Source: a virus
Taxonomy: Duplodnaviria > Caudoviricetes
DNA: 52,616 nt
Strand: one strand, 5' to 3'
IMG/VR virus record: IMGVR_UViG_3300034117_000572
Coordinates: 1 to 52,616 of that record
Shown: positions 1 through 8,321 of the stretch, piece after piece
Layout: each line of letters starts with the position of its first letter
Position numbering within the stretch: the stretch's first letter is position 1
The notes under the pieces: generated by a model
What the model saw: only the letters and a program-made list of their open reading frames with translations
The model's database searches: none
What the model was told of the DNA's origin: nothing
Made by a program: the position numbers and the translations under genes

Positions 1-222
1 AGAAAAAGAGCTAAGGAATCTGCTAGATTCTTTAAAACATTTAACTCCCAAATAACAATGGATGTAATGTTTAATTGGAGGAGTTTTTATCATTTTCAAA
101 AACTAAGAAATGACGAGCATGCTCAATTAGAAGTTAGAGAATTAGCACAAAAAATGTTAGAATTAGTAAAAACAATAGAAGGAAATCCCTTCGAACAAAC
201 CATTAAAGCGTTTAAATTATGA
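1..222 (+). CDS. thyX: FAD-dependent thymidylate synthase ThyX, C-terminal part (5'-truncated by window)
   Basis: Own translation of frame 1: RKRAKESARFF...NWRSFYHFQKLRNDEHAQLEVRELA, matching the ThyX C-terminal E-x-AR / N-x-R...F...R...HAQ-x-E-x-R pattern; TGA at 220-222 overlaps next ATG. Confidence 0.85.
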   Translation, partial: RKRAKESARFFKTFNSQITMDVMFNWRSFYHFQKLRNDEHAQLEVRELAQKMLELVKTIEGNPFEQTIKAFKL

Positions 223-524
223 GAAGTTACGGTGAATTAGAGGCCCTTGTTATAGCATGGGCTGCACAGAAAGGTATTCTAGAGAATGGAACACCAAGAG
301 CTCAAGCTATGAAGACTTGGGAAGAAACAGATGAGTTAATTACAGCTATTGAAAATGACAATAGAGAAGAAGTGATTGATGCATTAGGTGATATATTAGT
401 AACAATCATCATCCAGGCAGAGATGCAAGGACTGAAACTTACAGAATGTTTAGAGAGTGCATACAATATAATCTCTCAACGTACAGGTAAGATGGTAGAT
501 GGACAGTTTGTGAAAGATAAATAA
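219..524 (+). CDS. MazG-like nucleotide pyrophosphohydrolase
   Basis: EExxEL...EVIDALGD motif and C-terminal RTGKMVDGQFVK typical of phage MazG-like proteins. Confidence 0.85.
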   Translation: MRSYGELEALVIAWAAQKGILENGTPRAQAMKTWEETDELITAIENDNREEVIDALGDILVTIIIQAEMQGLKLTECLESAYNIISQRTGKMVDGQFVKDK

Positions 525-548
525 TAATAATAATTAAAACCAAAAATC

Positions 549-749
549 ATGAAAAATTTATTTCAGTATGCAGTTATTCTGCATGAGTATGACAAAGAAG
601 GAAACTATCAAGATTCTAAAATCATTGTAGAGCCTAAAACAGCATTAGCTAAATCAGAAAAAGATCTTGTGTTCAAAATTACAAGAGAAATTCCTGAAGA
701 GTTTGCTGAGGATCCAGACAATGTACAAATCTTGGTCAGAAATTTTTAG
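549..749 (+). CDS. Hypothetical 66-aa protein with probable -1 frameshift extension to 946
   Basis: ORF with A-rich leader; ends A-AAT-TTT-TAG; -1 frame is open to TAA at 944-946. Confidence 0.8.
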   Translation: MKNLFQYAVILHEYDKEGNYQDSKIIVEPKTALAKSEKDLVFKITREIPEEFAEDPDNVQILVRNF

Positions 750-792
750 TAACTCCATCTTGGTCAACTAGTAAACCTAGTTATGGTGGAGT
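740..792 (+). other. Candidate programmed -1 ribosomal frameshift signal (slippery heptamer plus hairpin)
   Basis: A_AAT_TTT at 740-746; 5-nt spacer; ACTCCATC(752-759) pairs with GGTGGAGT(785-792), with inner stem AACTAG(766-771)/CTAGTT(777-782). Confidence 0.7.
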
Positions 793-932
793 ATTGAATA
801 GACCAAACCCATTCGGTGGTACCTTTAGAGGATTACCGCATCAACCTATAATGAATGATAATCCTTTTAACACTACAGTTACAACTAATAGTGTAGCAAA
901 TACTTATTCATTAACAAGTGCATTGAATACCA

Positions 933-1355
933 GTGGGAATTTGTAAGACTTGTGGAAAGAATGCAGACAGTGAATATTGTTTTGCTCATAAATCTAGAAA
1001 ACCCTTACCATCATCTGGTAGGGGTTTAACTAGTAAAATGTCTGTTACTTCAAACAAAAAGTTCAATAATGTTCAGAATAACGAACGTTTTACAGAAATG
1101 AGAGACTTCTTTATATCTATATGGAAGAAAAGGTCACATAAATCAGAAGTGAGTGGTGTATATTTAGGTAAAGAACCTATGTCTACATACTTCCATCATA
1201 TTCTACCTAAAGAAAAATACCCTGAAGCTTGTCTAGATGAAGAAAATATCATACTTTTGACACTTGAGGAGCATTCTAATGTTGAGAACGACATGTATAG
1301 ATATGAGGAAGTCAATATAAGACGTAACTTATTAAAATTAAAATATGAACATTGA
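933..1355 (+). CDS. HNH-like endonuclease with N-terminal Cys/His zinc motif
   Basis: CKTC...CFAH at N-terminus; HHILPK...NIILLT...H pattern; GTG start. Confidence 0.6.
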   Translation: MGICKTCGKNADSEYCFAHKSRKPLPSSGRGLTSKMSVTSNKKFNNVQNNERFTEMRDFFISIWKKRSHKSEVSGVYLGKEPMSTYFHHILPKEKYPEACLDEENIILLTLEEHSNVENDMYRYEEVNIRRNLLKLKYEH

Positions 1356-1608
1356 AGTATTAAAATTTAGTGCTATGTGGTGTGGACCATGTAGAGTGTT
1401 AGCTCACACATTAGAAGGAGTTGAAGGAATTACCAACATTGATATCGATAAAGATCAAGAAACTGCTAGAAAGTATGGAATCAGAAGTGTTCCTGCATTA
1501 GTATTTTTAAAAGATGGTGCAGAGATTGGTAGAAGTGTAGGAAGTATATCTCTTGATAGATACAATCAAATATTAGATGAGATTAAACTCTCAGGTAAAG
1601 ACGAATAA
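1345..1608 (+). CDS. trxA: Thioredoxin
   Basis: WCGPC active site and YGIRSVP cis-Pro motif. Confidence 0.95.
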   Translation: MNIEVLKFSAMWCGPCRVLAHTLEGVEGITNIDIDKDQETARKYGIRSVPALVFLKDGAEIGRSVGSISLDRYNQILDEIKLSGKDE

Positions 1609-1623
1609 TTAAAAACAATCAAT

Positions 1624-1902
1624 ATGAAAAACCAATTTTTTTACACAGCCAAGATTGGCGAAAAGGAGTATGTAGCTTCTTTTAACATCAATAAAGTAAT
1701 CAGATCATTAGCTAATGATGCAGGTGGACTTATTGTTATTCTAGATGACTTCAATGAACGTGTTACACAACAACCAGACATTGATCTTAAGACTAACAAG
1801 ATGAAAGGATTTAAGAATGTACGTGAAACTGTACAATCAGAAATCGAATTGAATGCAGATGATGCACAAAAATTTATTAAACTAACTGAATACAAAGGAT
1901 AA
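1624..1902 (+). CDS. Hypothetical protein
   Basis: Co-oriented, closely packed ORF with A-rich leader; TAATG overlap with next gene. Confidence 0.75.
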   Translation: MKNQFFYTAKIGEKEYVASFNINKVIRSLANDAGGLIVILDDFNERVTQQPDIDLKTNKMKGFKNVRETVQSEIELNADDAQKFIKLTEYKG

Positions 1903-2111
1903 TGGAAAATGTAACATTAGGACAAAAGAGAGTCCAAAGAAATTTTAATCCAACAGCTAACACAGAAGTAGAACAATTAAAAGACTACTATGCTCAAATT
2001 ATAGATTTGTTGGAAACAAAAAGAAATGAAAAAAATGGAAGAGAAGTTTCTCTTGCTCAAACTGAAGCAGAAACATCTTGTATGTATGCTGTAAAATCTT
2101 TATTTGTATAA
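1902..2111 (+). CDS. Acb2/Tad1-like helical-hairpin protein (putative immune-signal sponge)
   Basis: 69 aa, helical, C-terminal GREVSLAQTEAETSCMYAVK resembles the R-E-x-SLA-x-T-x-x-E-x-A-x-M-W-A pattern recalled for Acb2-like proteins. Confidence 0.55.
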   Translation: MENVTLGQKRVQRNFNPTANTEVEQLKDYYAQIIDLLETKRNEKNGREVSLAQTEAETSCMYAVKSLFV

Positions 2112-2113
2112 TC

Positions 2114-2404
2114 ATGCCAAAGTTATTAGGAAATCGCATCTATTTAGAGATGCCAAAGAAAGAAGAGAGTAAGCTTATTGTAGATGAAAATACAAAAGAA
2201 GCATTACAGAAAGAACTACTTAAGAAAATGAGTAGATTGAAAGTGCACAGTGTAGGAACAGCTATTACAGATCCAGATTTAAAGGTTGGAGTTGATGTGT
2301 TAGTAGATCCTACAGCATTAAGAGATAAAACTTTAATCATTCCTTTATCAGAAACTGAAGATGTAATGTTAGTTTCTATATTTGACATAGTCCATATATG
2401 GTAG
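2114..2404 (+). CDS. GroES-like co-chaperonin
   Basis: Likely start ATG 2114 (MPKLLGNRIYLE); LGNRI, VHSVG, LKVG-x-x-V and terminal DIVHI motifs follow the Cpn10 pattern. Confidence 0.6.
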   Translation: MPKLLGNRIYLEMPKKEESKLIVDENTKEALQKELLKKMSRLKVHSVGTAITDPDLKVGVDVLVDPTALRDKTLIIPLSETEDVMLVSIFDIVHIW

Positions 2405-2409
2405 TAAAT

Positions 2410-2442
2410 AAAAAAGCCCTATTAAATTAGGGCTTTTTTTTT
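2410..2442. terminator. Bidirectional intrinsic terminator
   Basis: AAAAAAGCCCTA-ttaaat-TAGGGCTTTTTTTTT located where the + and - gene blocks converge. Confidence 0.9.
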
Positions 2443-2548
2443 ATAAATAGACAATCAAAATGCTTGGAGCAATATTAAAAAACTTACACACCTTATGTGC
2501 ATTATCACAATCCCTGCTATCTATTTTTATTATAGATTTATGTCTCAT
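2441..2548 (-). CDS. Possible 35-aa peptide (MRHKSIIKID...)
   Basis: Own translation; TAATG overlap with upstream glycosyltransferase; fills the gap to the terminator. Confidence 0.3.
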   Translation of the reverse strand: MRHKSIIKIDSRDCDNAHKVCKFFNIAPSILIVYL

Positions 2549-3300
2549 TAATTTATATCAAGTTTACCAAAGCCTTTGTGTATCACTTTAATAGGTTGTT
2601 TAGATTGCTTATACATTTCATCTAATGTAATAAACTTATTATATTCTTCAAAATCTGGTTGAATATAAAATTTACCATTAGTAAGTTGCATGTCTCTTAA
2701 TTGAATTCTTGCAATGTTTTCTATAGTGTTATCATCAGTGAATGTAAGATGATAATTAATACCTCCATAATTATATACATAATCAAGATTATCAAAATCA
2801 GAATATTCCATCTTCTTAGGCATATTGTCTAAGAAATGTCTATCTTCTCCTGAATTAACAGGATGTTTATATCCACCACTTTCAAAAAATCCTTTACGTG
2901 TAAAAGATACAACGTTTAATCCAGAGTCAGCTACAATAAATTCATTACCATAAAGACTATAACTTTTAAGATTTCTGTATAAGTTAATCTCAGGATTCTC
3001 TTCATGGACCTTTACACAATTTGCTATTCTATTAGGAAGAAATATATCATCATCATCATGATTTAGATATAGATCGTGATAACCTAATTGTACAGCTAAG
3101 TTTTTCTTTTGACCTATAAGTACTTTTTTACTCATATTAATCACTGTAACATTAGGATGTTCACAAACTAATGTAATGTTCTTATCATCGTTAACGATAA
3201 CAAGCTCCTTATCATCATAATTTTGAGATAAGAAGCTAGCTAATGCTCTTCCTAAAAATGGTAATCTACCATATGTAGGAATTATTGTTAATGTCTTCAT
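2548..3300 (-). CDS. Family 2-like (GT-A) glycosyltransferase
   Basis: IIPTYGR, ELVIVNDD, HDDDD (DxD) and GED motifs. Confidence 0.9.
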   Translation of the reverse strand: MKTLTIIPTYGRLPFLGRALASFLSQNYDDKELVIVNDDKNITLVCEHPNVTVINMSKKVLIGQKKNLAVQLGYHDLYLNHDDDDIFLPNRIANCVKVHEENPEINLYRNLKSYSLYGNEFIVADSGLNVVSFTRKGFFESGGYKHPVNSGEDRHFLDNMPKKMEYSDFDNLDYVYNYGGINYHLTFTDDNTIENIARIQLRDMQLTNGKFYIQPDFEEYNKFITLDEMYKQSKQPIKVIHKGFGKLDIN

Positions 3301-3467
3301 TATTTAGATATCCTCTTTTTTTTAAATAGAGGTCTCTTGGTACCAGAATTACCAGCTTCATTCATATAATTCCCATTGATAGGTTTAGGAGAAGCTACCT
3401 TTGGAGCCATTCTAGGCTTACCACTCTTCTTTGCTTTACCAGAAGTCATGGATTTACTTGCAGCCAT
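3300..3467 (-). CDS. Small basic protein, 55 aa (not in ORF track)
   Basis: Own translation MAASKSMTSGKAKKSGKPRMAPK...LFKKKRISK; overlaps both neighbours (TAATG at 3300). Confidence 0.7.
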   Translation of the reverse strand: MAASKSMTSGKAKKSGKPRMAPKVASPKPINGNYMNEAGNSGTKRPLFKKKRISK

Positions 3468-3816
3468 ATTTGCATTTTTTCATAGAAGTTCCAGATTTAG
3501 CTTTCTTTACAGAAGCACCTTTCTTAGCTATAACACCACGTCCTTTAAGGATGTCTGCTTTAGTAATCTTTCCATCTTTGTTAAGATCAGGAAACTTACC
3601 ACCAGATTTAGCTTTTTTAATAATTTTACCATTTTTAGCAGAACCCATGCTTCCTACTCTTGGCATTTTTTTTCTTTCCTCACGAGTGAATGGAGGTCTT
3701 GTACCTTCTCCTCCACCAATAGTTGGAACACCTCTTTTATCTTTTTTATCTGGATAACTGTTTGCAGGATTAATTGATTTCTTTTTTGTTGTTTTAACAG
3801 GTTTTTGTTGTGCCAT
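3454..3816 (-). CDS. Lys-rich basic protein with EF-hand-like loop
   Basis: Likely start MAQQK at 3816; DLNKDGKITKAD loop; repeated AKxG motifs. Confidence 0.75.
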   Translation of the reverse strand: MAQQKPVKTTKKKSINPANSYPDKKDKRGVPTIGGGEGTRPPFTREERKKMPRVGSMGSAKNGKIIKKAKSGGKFPDLNKDGKITKADILKGRGVIAKKGASVKKAKSGTSMKKCKYGCK

Positions 3817-3836
3817 GATTATATATTTTTTAGAGT

Positions 3837-4106
3837 TTAACAATTCCATTTACGAAGAGCAAGAGTTTTTCTTGTAGGTTCTCCATTAGGTTTTTTGGCA
3901 GGACCTTTCACTCCTGACATTCTTGCACAAAAAGACTTACGTCTATTAGCTGCTTTACTTCCAGGTTTTAACTTAGAAGGTTTAGTAGTTACAGCCATCT
4001 TAAGTTTAGATCCAGGATTAGCTCTTCTATAAGATGCCACTCCTTTGCGGTTAAGACCACCTTTAGGATCTTTACCTTCTTTTCTAGTCCATGCTGCTGT
4101 TGCCAT
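3837..4106 (-). CDS. Conserved small basic phage protein (DUF6321-like)
   Basis: AWTRKEGK..GGLN..G and RRKSFCARM...LRKWNC motifs recalled from aquatic phages. Confidence 0.7.
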   Translation of the reverse strand: MATAAWTRKEGKDPKGGLNRKGVASYRRANPGSKLKMAVTTKPSKLKPGSKAANRRKSFCARMSGVKGPAKKPNGEPTRKTLALRKWNC

Positions 4107-4789
4107 TATTTCTTAGATTTAGCTTTAATCTTCTTCTCTTGTACTAACATTTGTTTAGTAGGCTTCTTTCCAGATCCTTTATTAGCACGAATGTTATCCC
4201 ATAATCCTCTTCTAGAAGAAGAACCATCAGCACGTTTAATCATTCCTCCAGCTTTTTTAATAGGACCACCGTTACGTTTTGTATCCCTTAAAGACTCTCC
4301 TTTATTCTTTTGTCCTGTTCTACAACTTCCTTTGCTATCTCCTCTTTTGGTAGCTCCTTTGATATCTAATCCTTCTAATTGAGCATCACCACCTTTAGCT
4401 TGTTTTTTTATATAAGCTGAATACTCAGCAGGAGTCATTCCTCTTTTAGCAGCACCTTTAGCAAACTCAGTTTCTAATCTATTTTTAGCATCTGCACTTA
4501 TAGAATCTTTATACTGTTTAAATCTTTCAGTTCCTCCTTTGCTTATTAATTCTGTTCTCTTAGCTGACTTTTCAGCTTGTGTCATTTGTTGCCAAGTAGG
4601 TTTCTTAACAGTTAAAGTGTCACCAGTTTGAGCTTTTTTAATAGTACCACCAGATCTTAATGTGCTTCCTTTAAATGGGCCTTTCTTCTTAATAAGAGGA
4701 CCATTAGGAACAGGAGTTATCTTACCACCTTTACGTAATACACCAGGACCTACATAGGCTGATGCTTTTTGGGGATTTAACTTAGACAT
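4106..4789 (-). CDS. Basic protein, putative internal virion protein
   Basis: K/R/G-rich; RGLWDNIRA..G.GKKPT motif; multiple xxGG motifs. Confidence 0.7.
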   Translation of the reverse strand: MSKLNPQKASAYVGPGVLRKGGKITPVPNGPLIKKKGPFKGSTLRSGGTIKKAQTGDTLTVKKPTWQQMTQAEKSAKRTELISKGGTERFKQYKDSISADAKNRLETEFAKGAAKRGMTPAEYSAYIKKQAKGGDAQLEGLDIKGATKRGDSKGSCRTGQKNKGESLRDTKRNGGPIKKAGGMIKRADGSSSRRGLWDNIRANKGSGKKPTKQMLVQEKKIKAKSKK

Positions 4790-4791
4790 TA

Positions 4792-4950
4792 TTATTTAGA
4801 TTTACGCTTTGCAGCAATTTTCTTGAATGTTTTAGCAAGAGCTTTAGCCTTACCAGTACAACCAGGTTTAGTGATTGGTGTACATTTACCAGCAGTACCA
4901 CGCTTCTTAATAGAAGCTGCAGCTTTCTGCATCCACTTCTTATCAGCCAT
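4792..4950 (-). CDS. Small basic protein, 52 aa (not in ORF track)
   Basis: Own translation MADKKWMQKAAASIKKRGTAGKCTPITKPGCTGKAKALAKTFKKIAAKRKSK; fills the gap exactly. Confidence 0.8.
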   Translation of the reverse strand: MADKKWMQKAAASIKKRGTAGKCTPITKPGCTGKAKALAKTFKKIAAKRKSK

Positions 4951-4952
4951 GA

Positions 4953-5342
4953 TTATTTCTTTTTAGAAATCTTCATACCTCTTTTAGCTGTCATCTTAGT
5001 AGCACCAAGTTGTTTGTCTGGAGTGAGAGAAGCTTTACCTCTAGCACCAGCTAATGCATTCTTTTGAACTTTAGTCCAAGCACCACCAACGTCTGTACCT
5101 TTATCTCTTTTGTTAGAAGCAGTAAGTCCAGATAAAGAACCACCGTTTTTCATTTTAGAAGCAGCACCTCTAGCATTCATTGCTCTATTAGCTCTTCTAA
5201 CCATTCTTCCTTCAACTTTAGAAGCTCTTTCAGGGTTAGTTTCCTTAATTCTACCAAGTCTTTTTTGTTGTCTTTTATTTTCTTTAACAACTTTAGCTCC
5301 TATAGAATCTCCATCTTGAGCTTTTTTAATCATTTTTGCCAT
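4953..5342 (-). CDS. Basic protein, putative internal virion protein
   Basis: K/R-rich; KKAQDG, MKNGG and AKRG motifs. Confidence 0.7.
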   Translation of the reverse strand: MAKMIKKAQDGDSIGAKVVKENKRQQKRLGRIKETNPERASKVEGRMVRRANRAMNARGAASKMKNGGSLSGLTASNKRDKGTDVGGAWTKVQKNALAGARGKASLTPDKQLGATKMTAKRGMKISKKK

Positions 5343-5532
5343 AGCGTTTAAATGTTATATTGGGTTTAACAATAATATCTTTGTGAGTGTATTGCCACAT
5401 CTCACCAGTTGAGTTAATTATAATTGTATAGATGGTGTCTGACTCATGACCATAATCAGTCACTAACCATATCATCCCATCTCCCTTGGGTGTTACAACA
5501 TCTATTCTATTCTTTGGTTCATATATTCTCAT
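5326..5532 (-). CDS. Hypothetical protein
   Basis: Co-oriented ORF with globular composition (VVTPKGDG...GEMWQY). Confidence 0.7.
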   Translation of the reverse strand: MRIYEPKNRIDVVTPKGDGMIWLVTDYGHESDTIYTIIINSTGEMWQYTHKDIIVKPNITFKRYGKND

Positions 5533-5587
5533 AGAGAAGTGCTTTTGTTCTCGAAAACCTGTTCTTCGTCACCCAACAGGTGTGTTG

Positions 5588-5818
5588 TTATTCTGCTGTA
5601 GGAGCTTCTACTTCTTTAATGATATCAGCTTCTACACCTTTAATCATTAATTCTTCAATTGCTTGATTAGCTTGCATCATTAATTGAAACCTTGCAGCTT
5701 CTTCTGATGATAAATAAGCTCTAACTGTGTTTAAAAACAGTCCAAACTGTTGTCCTGTTAGTGTGAATGTGTCTTCAGGAGTCCAAGTGTACCTTTTTGC
5801 AGGATCATACTGTGCCAT
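5588..5818 (-). CDS. Hypothetical acidic protein
   Basis: Likely start MAQYDP at 5818 after an A-rich leader and a promoter-like element. Confidence 0.7.
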   Translation of the reverse strand: MAQYDPAKRYTWTPEDTFTLTGQQFGLFLNTVRAYLSSEEAARFQLMMQANQAIEELMIKGVEADIIKEVEAPTAE

Positions 5819-5844
5819 AATATAATTGGTTTTAAAATTAACAG

Positions 5845-5876
5845 TAAAAGTAAATAATGTTTTTTTAATAACCAAA
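5845..5876 (-). promoter_or_regulatory. Bacteroidota sigma-A-like promoter (variant)
   Basis: TTTG-N20-TACTTTTA; consensus is TTTG...TAnnTTTG. Confidence 0.5.
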
Positions 5877-5881
5877 TATAT

Positions 5882-6562
5882 TTAGTATGTTTTGTTTAGT
5901 ACAAAAATATCACTGTATATATTGTTACCAGCATTATTGCTTCCCCATTGTACAGTGACATCTAATACGTTACTGATTGTTGTATTAAATGTTGTGTTAT
6001 TCACTACATTAAAAGCAAATCCTTGAACAGAAGCATTGTTAGTTTTTGTATAATGAAATGCTCCTAACGACACAATAGAAGCTACACCAGCAGTTCCAAC
6101 TTGTCTAATAGTGAAATCAATATTTAAACTCCAAATGTCATTTATAATTGCATTTGTTAAAGATTGAACACCACTATCTAATAATGTAATAGCTCCTGCT
6201 TTAACTCTAATTCTAATAGTTTGATTATTAGCAGCATTCATAACACCACCAAATATAGCTCTGTAACTATCTCCTATTTGAAATCCATTTGCAGGAACTG
6301 TTAATGTTCCTACACCACCATTTATCAATGTAGATTCTACAATAGTTCCTGATATAATAGTTGAATTGCCTGTTTGAGCAAATAATCCACCTGCAGGACC
6401 TGGAGGTCCAGGATTACCTTGTGGACCTTGTGGACCAGTAGGACCTTGTGGACCAGGAACCACTCTTGAATTTACAAATTCATCAAGATTTAGCCATCCT
6501 TTGTATCCTTTACAAGGTTTACATAGTTGTTCCCAAAATCCTGCTTTTATAAATGTTGACAT
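5882..6562 (-). CDS. Collagen-repeat fibre/decoration protein
   Basis: GPQGPTGPQGPQGNPGPPGPAG (Gly-X-Y)7 followed by a beta-rich domain. Confidence 0.75.
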   Translation of the reverse strand: MSTFIKAGFWEQLCKPCKGYKGWLNLDEFVNSRVVPGPQGPTGPQGPQGNPGPPGPAGGLFAQTGNSTIISGTIVESTLINGGVGTLTVPANGFQIGDSYRAIFGGVMNAANNQTIRIRVKAGAITLLDSGVQSLTNAIINDIWSLNIDFTIRQVGTAGVASIVSLGAFHYTKTNNASVQGFAFNVVNNTTFNTTISNVLDVTVQWGSNNAGNNIYSDIFVLNKTY

Positions 6563-6563
6563 A

Positions 6564-6848
6564 TTATTCTAAGTTTATTTCAAATGTTATTACTGAACTT
6601 GTTGTTATTGATTTACTCATGTCCACTCTAATTTTAAACATGTTACAGAACTTTAGTATTTCTTCTATAAGCATATTGTTATACTTAGGAAGACTTGCTG
6701 CTATTCTAAATCTATAAGAGTCTGAAAGTTTTGTTATCTCTAAGCTACATAGTTCATCTACAGAAGATATTACACCTTCTAAGTGAGCAAGAAAAACTTC
6801 ATCGTTATCTTGCATCACTTTAGGAAAATGTTTTTTGTTAATGTCCAT
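6564..6848 (-). CDS. Hypothetical protein
   Basis: Closely packed co-oriented ORF. Confidence 0.7.
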   Translation of the reverse strand: MDINKKHFPKVMQDNDEVFLAHLEGVISSVDELCSLEITKLSDSYRFRIAASLPKYNNMLIEEILKFCNMFKIRVDMSKSITTSSVITFEINLE

Positions 6849-7265
6849 TTATGACAATGTTAATAGATATTTAGTTTTAGCTGCTTCTCCTGATAATGCA
6901 TCTGCTAGATTACATACATCATGGAAACTATTCTTCTCACCATACATTTTTAAATCTGATGCAAATGACATAAGATCTGATACACATTGCTCAGGTTTGC
7001 AGTTGGTAAGAGGTTCAATCTTATAAAGGCCAGGTCTTTTACCTGTATATCCCATAATCTTCTCAACAACACCATCTTTGAAATCTTGCACATATTCATA
7101 CAATTTTCCAAGAGCTTTATGTTCTGCATAGCTAGTTGTTTGCCAATGTAGCAAATGTAATTGCTCATGAAAGTAAGTAAGCTTTGCAGCTATAATTTCT
7201 ATTGTTAAACTAGAACTTCCTTTCGATTCCATCATGTCTTCAGGAAATAGGGATTTTATTGCCAT
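6849..7265 (-). CDS. Ferritin/Dps-like protein (DUF5856-like)
   Basis: Likely start MAIKS at 7265; HLLHWQTTSYAEHKALGKLYE...D..VE...G and terminal KYLLTL motifs. Confidence 0.8.
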   Translation of the reverse strand: MAIKSLFPEDMMESKGSSSLTIEIIAAKLTYFHEQLHLLHWQTTSYAEHKALGKLYEYVQDFKDGVVEKIMGYTGKRPGLYKIEPLTNCKPEQCVSDLMSFASDLKMYGEKNSFHDVCNLADALSGEAAKTKYLLTLS

Positions 7266-7266
7266 T

Positions 7267-7590
7267 TTAGAATCTTGTTTGTTTATGCTCACCGTTAACT
7301 CTATAGTTAAGAATACCTGATAATGTTTCTTCATTGATAGCAGTATCAAATGATATTAATTGATAAGTATCAGTTTCTTTTAATGCAGGTTTAACTTCTT
7401 CATATTTAGCTTGTGCCAAAGCAGCATCTTCTTCTTGAGCTACAGTTTCTCTTAATGATTTGATTTCATTAATTAACTCTATTTTAGCTTCTTCATCTGT
7501 TGACATTAATAAAGCTATTTGCTCTTCTGTCAATTCAACTTGGTTTAATTCAATCCAAGTTCCTTCTGTTGTTGATTGTAAATTTTTCAT
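7267..7590 (-). CDS. Acidic hypothetical protein (possibly fibre-associated)
   Basis: Glu-rich ORF downstream of the fibre and glycosyltransferase genes. Confidence 0.65.
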   Translation of the reverse strand: MKNLQSTTEGTWIELNQVELTEEQIALLMSTDEEAKIELINEIKSLRETVAQEEDAALAQAKYEEVKPALKETDTYQLISFDTAINEETLSGILNYRVNGEHKQTRF

Positions 7591-7608
7591 ATTTTTATTT
7601 ATTATTAA

Positions 7609-8319
7609 TTAATTAATTTTTCCTTTAAATCCATAATATCCATAATGTGTAACTTCTGGATAAGACACTGCAAATATTTTATACATATTTTCCCTTGCAA
7701 TTTTACAAAAGTTATAATCTTCAGATAGTAAATTATCTTCTTCATCAATACTGGTAGTCCAAAATTCTGAAATTTTACTTCCCATTTCAATACCTAACAT
7801 TGCACCTGAATTGTTTTTATATGAATTTACTTTATCTGCTAATGAATGTAACACTTCTTTTTTAATTATCATCATACCTGTTCCTACACATTTAACTTCG
7901 AAAATATCATAGTTAGATATATCTTGGTTTAAAGGATTGATATTAAAATAACCTGAGTAGTTTTCTAAATCTGTTTTACCAAACTCTAAAGCAATTTTTA
8001 CAGAATCCCAGTTAATTCTTTTCATTGGAACTAATGCTCCAATTATATCCTTATCTTCTTTTATCATCCTATCTATGTCAGTTGCTCTAAAAGATTGATC
8101 AGAATCTATAAAAACTAAATAATCTGATTTCTCCTGTAAAAATTTTTCAGTTAGTGTATTTCTTGCTCTTGTTATTAAGCTTTCATTATACAATGGGCAA
8201 TACTTAACTCTATATCCTAGTTTTGGTAACTCTTGAAAAGCTTGTAATAAACTATCAGTGAATGCACCAGTACACACGCCATTATACATGGGTGTTGCTA
8301 TGAATATTTCTTTATTCAT
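7609..8319 (-). CDS. GT-A fold glycosyltransferase
   Basis: Likely start MNKEIF at 8319; IATPMY, SLITRARN, FIDSD (DxD), GTGMMII and SEDYNFC motifs. Confidence 0.8.
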   Translation of the reverse strand: MNKEIFIATPMYNGVCTGAFTDSLLQAFQELPKLGYRVKYCPLYNESLITRARNTLTEKFLQEKSDYLVFIDSDQSFRATDIDRMIKEDKDIIGALVPMKRINWDSVKIALEFGKTDLENYSGYFNINPLNQDISNYDIFEVKCVGTGMMIIKKEVLHSLADKVNSYKNNSGAMLGIEMGSKISEFWTTSIDEEDNLLSEDYNFCKIARENMYKIFAVSYPEVTHYGYYGFKGKIN

Positions 8320-8321
8320 TA

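Noticed and set aside
1641-2388. Minus-strand ORFs 1641-1895 and 2140-2388
   Set aside because: Antisense to a coupled + strand operon
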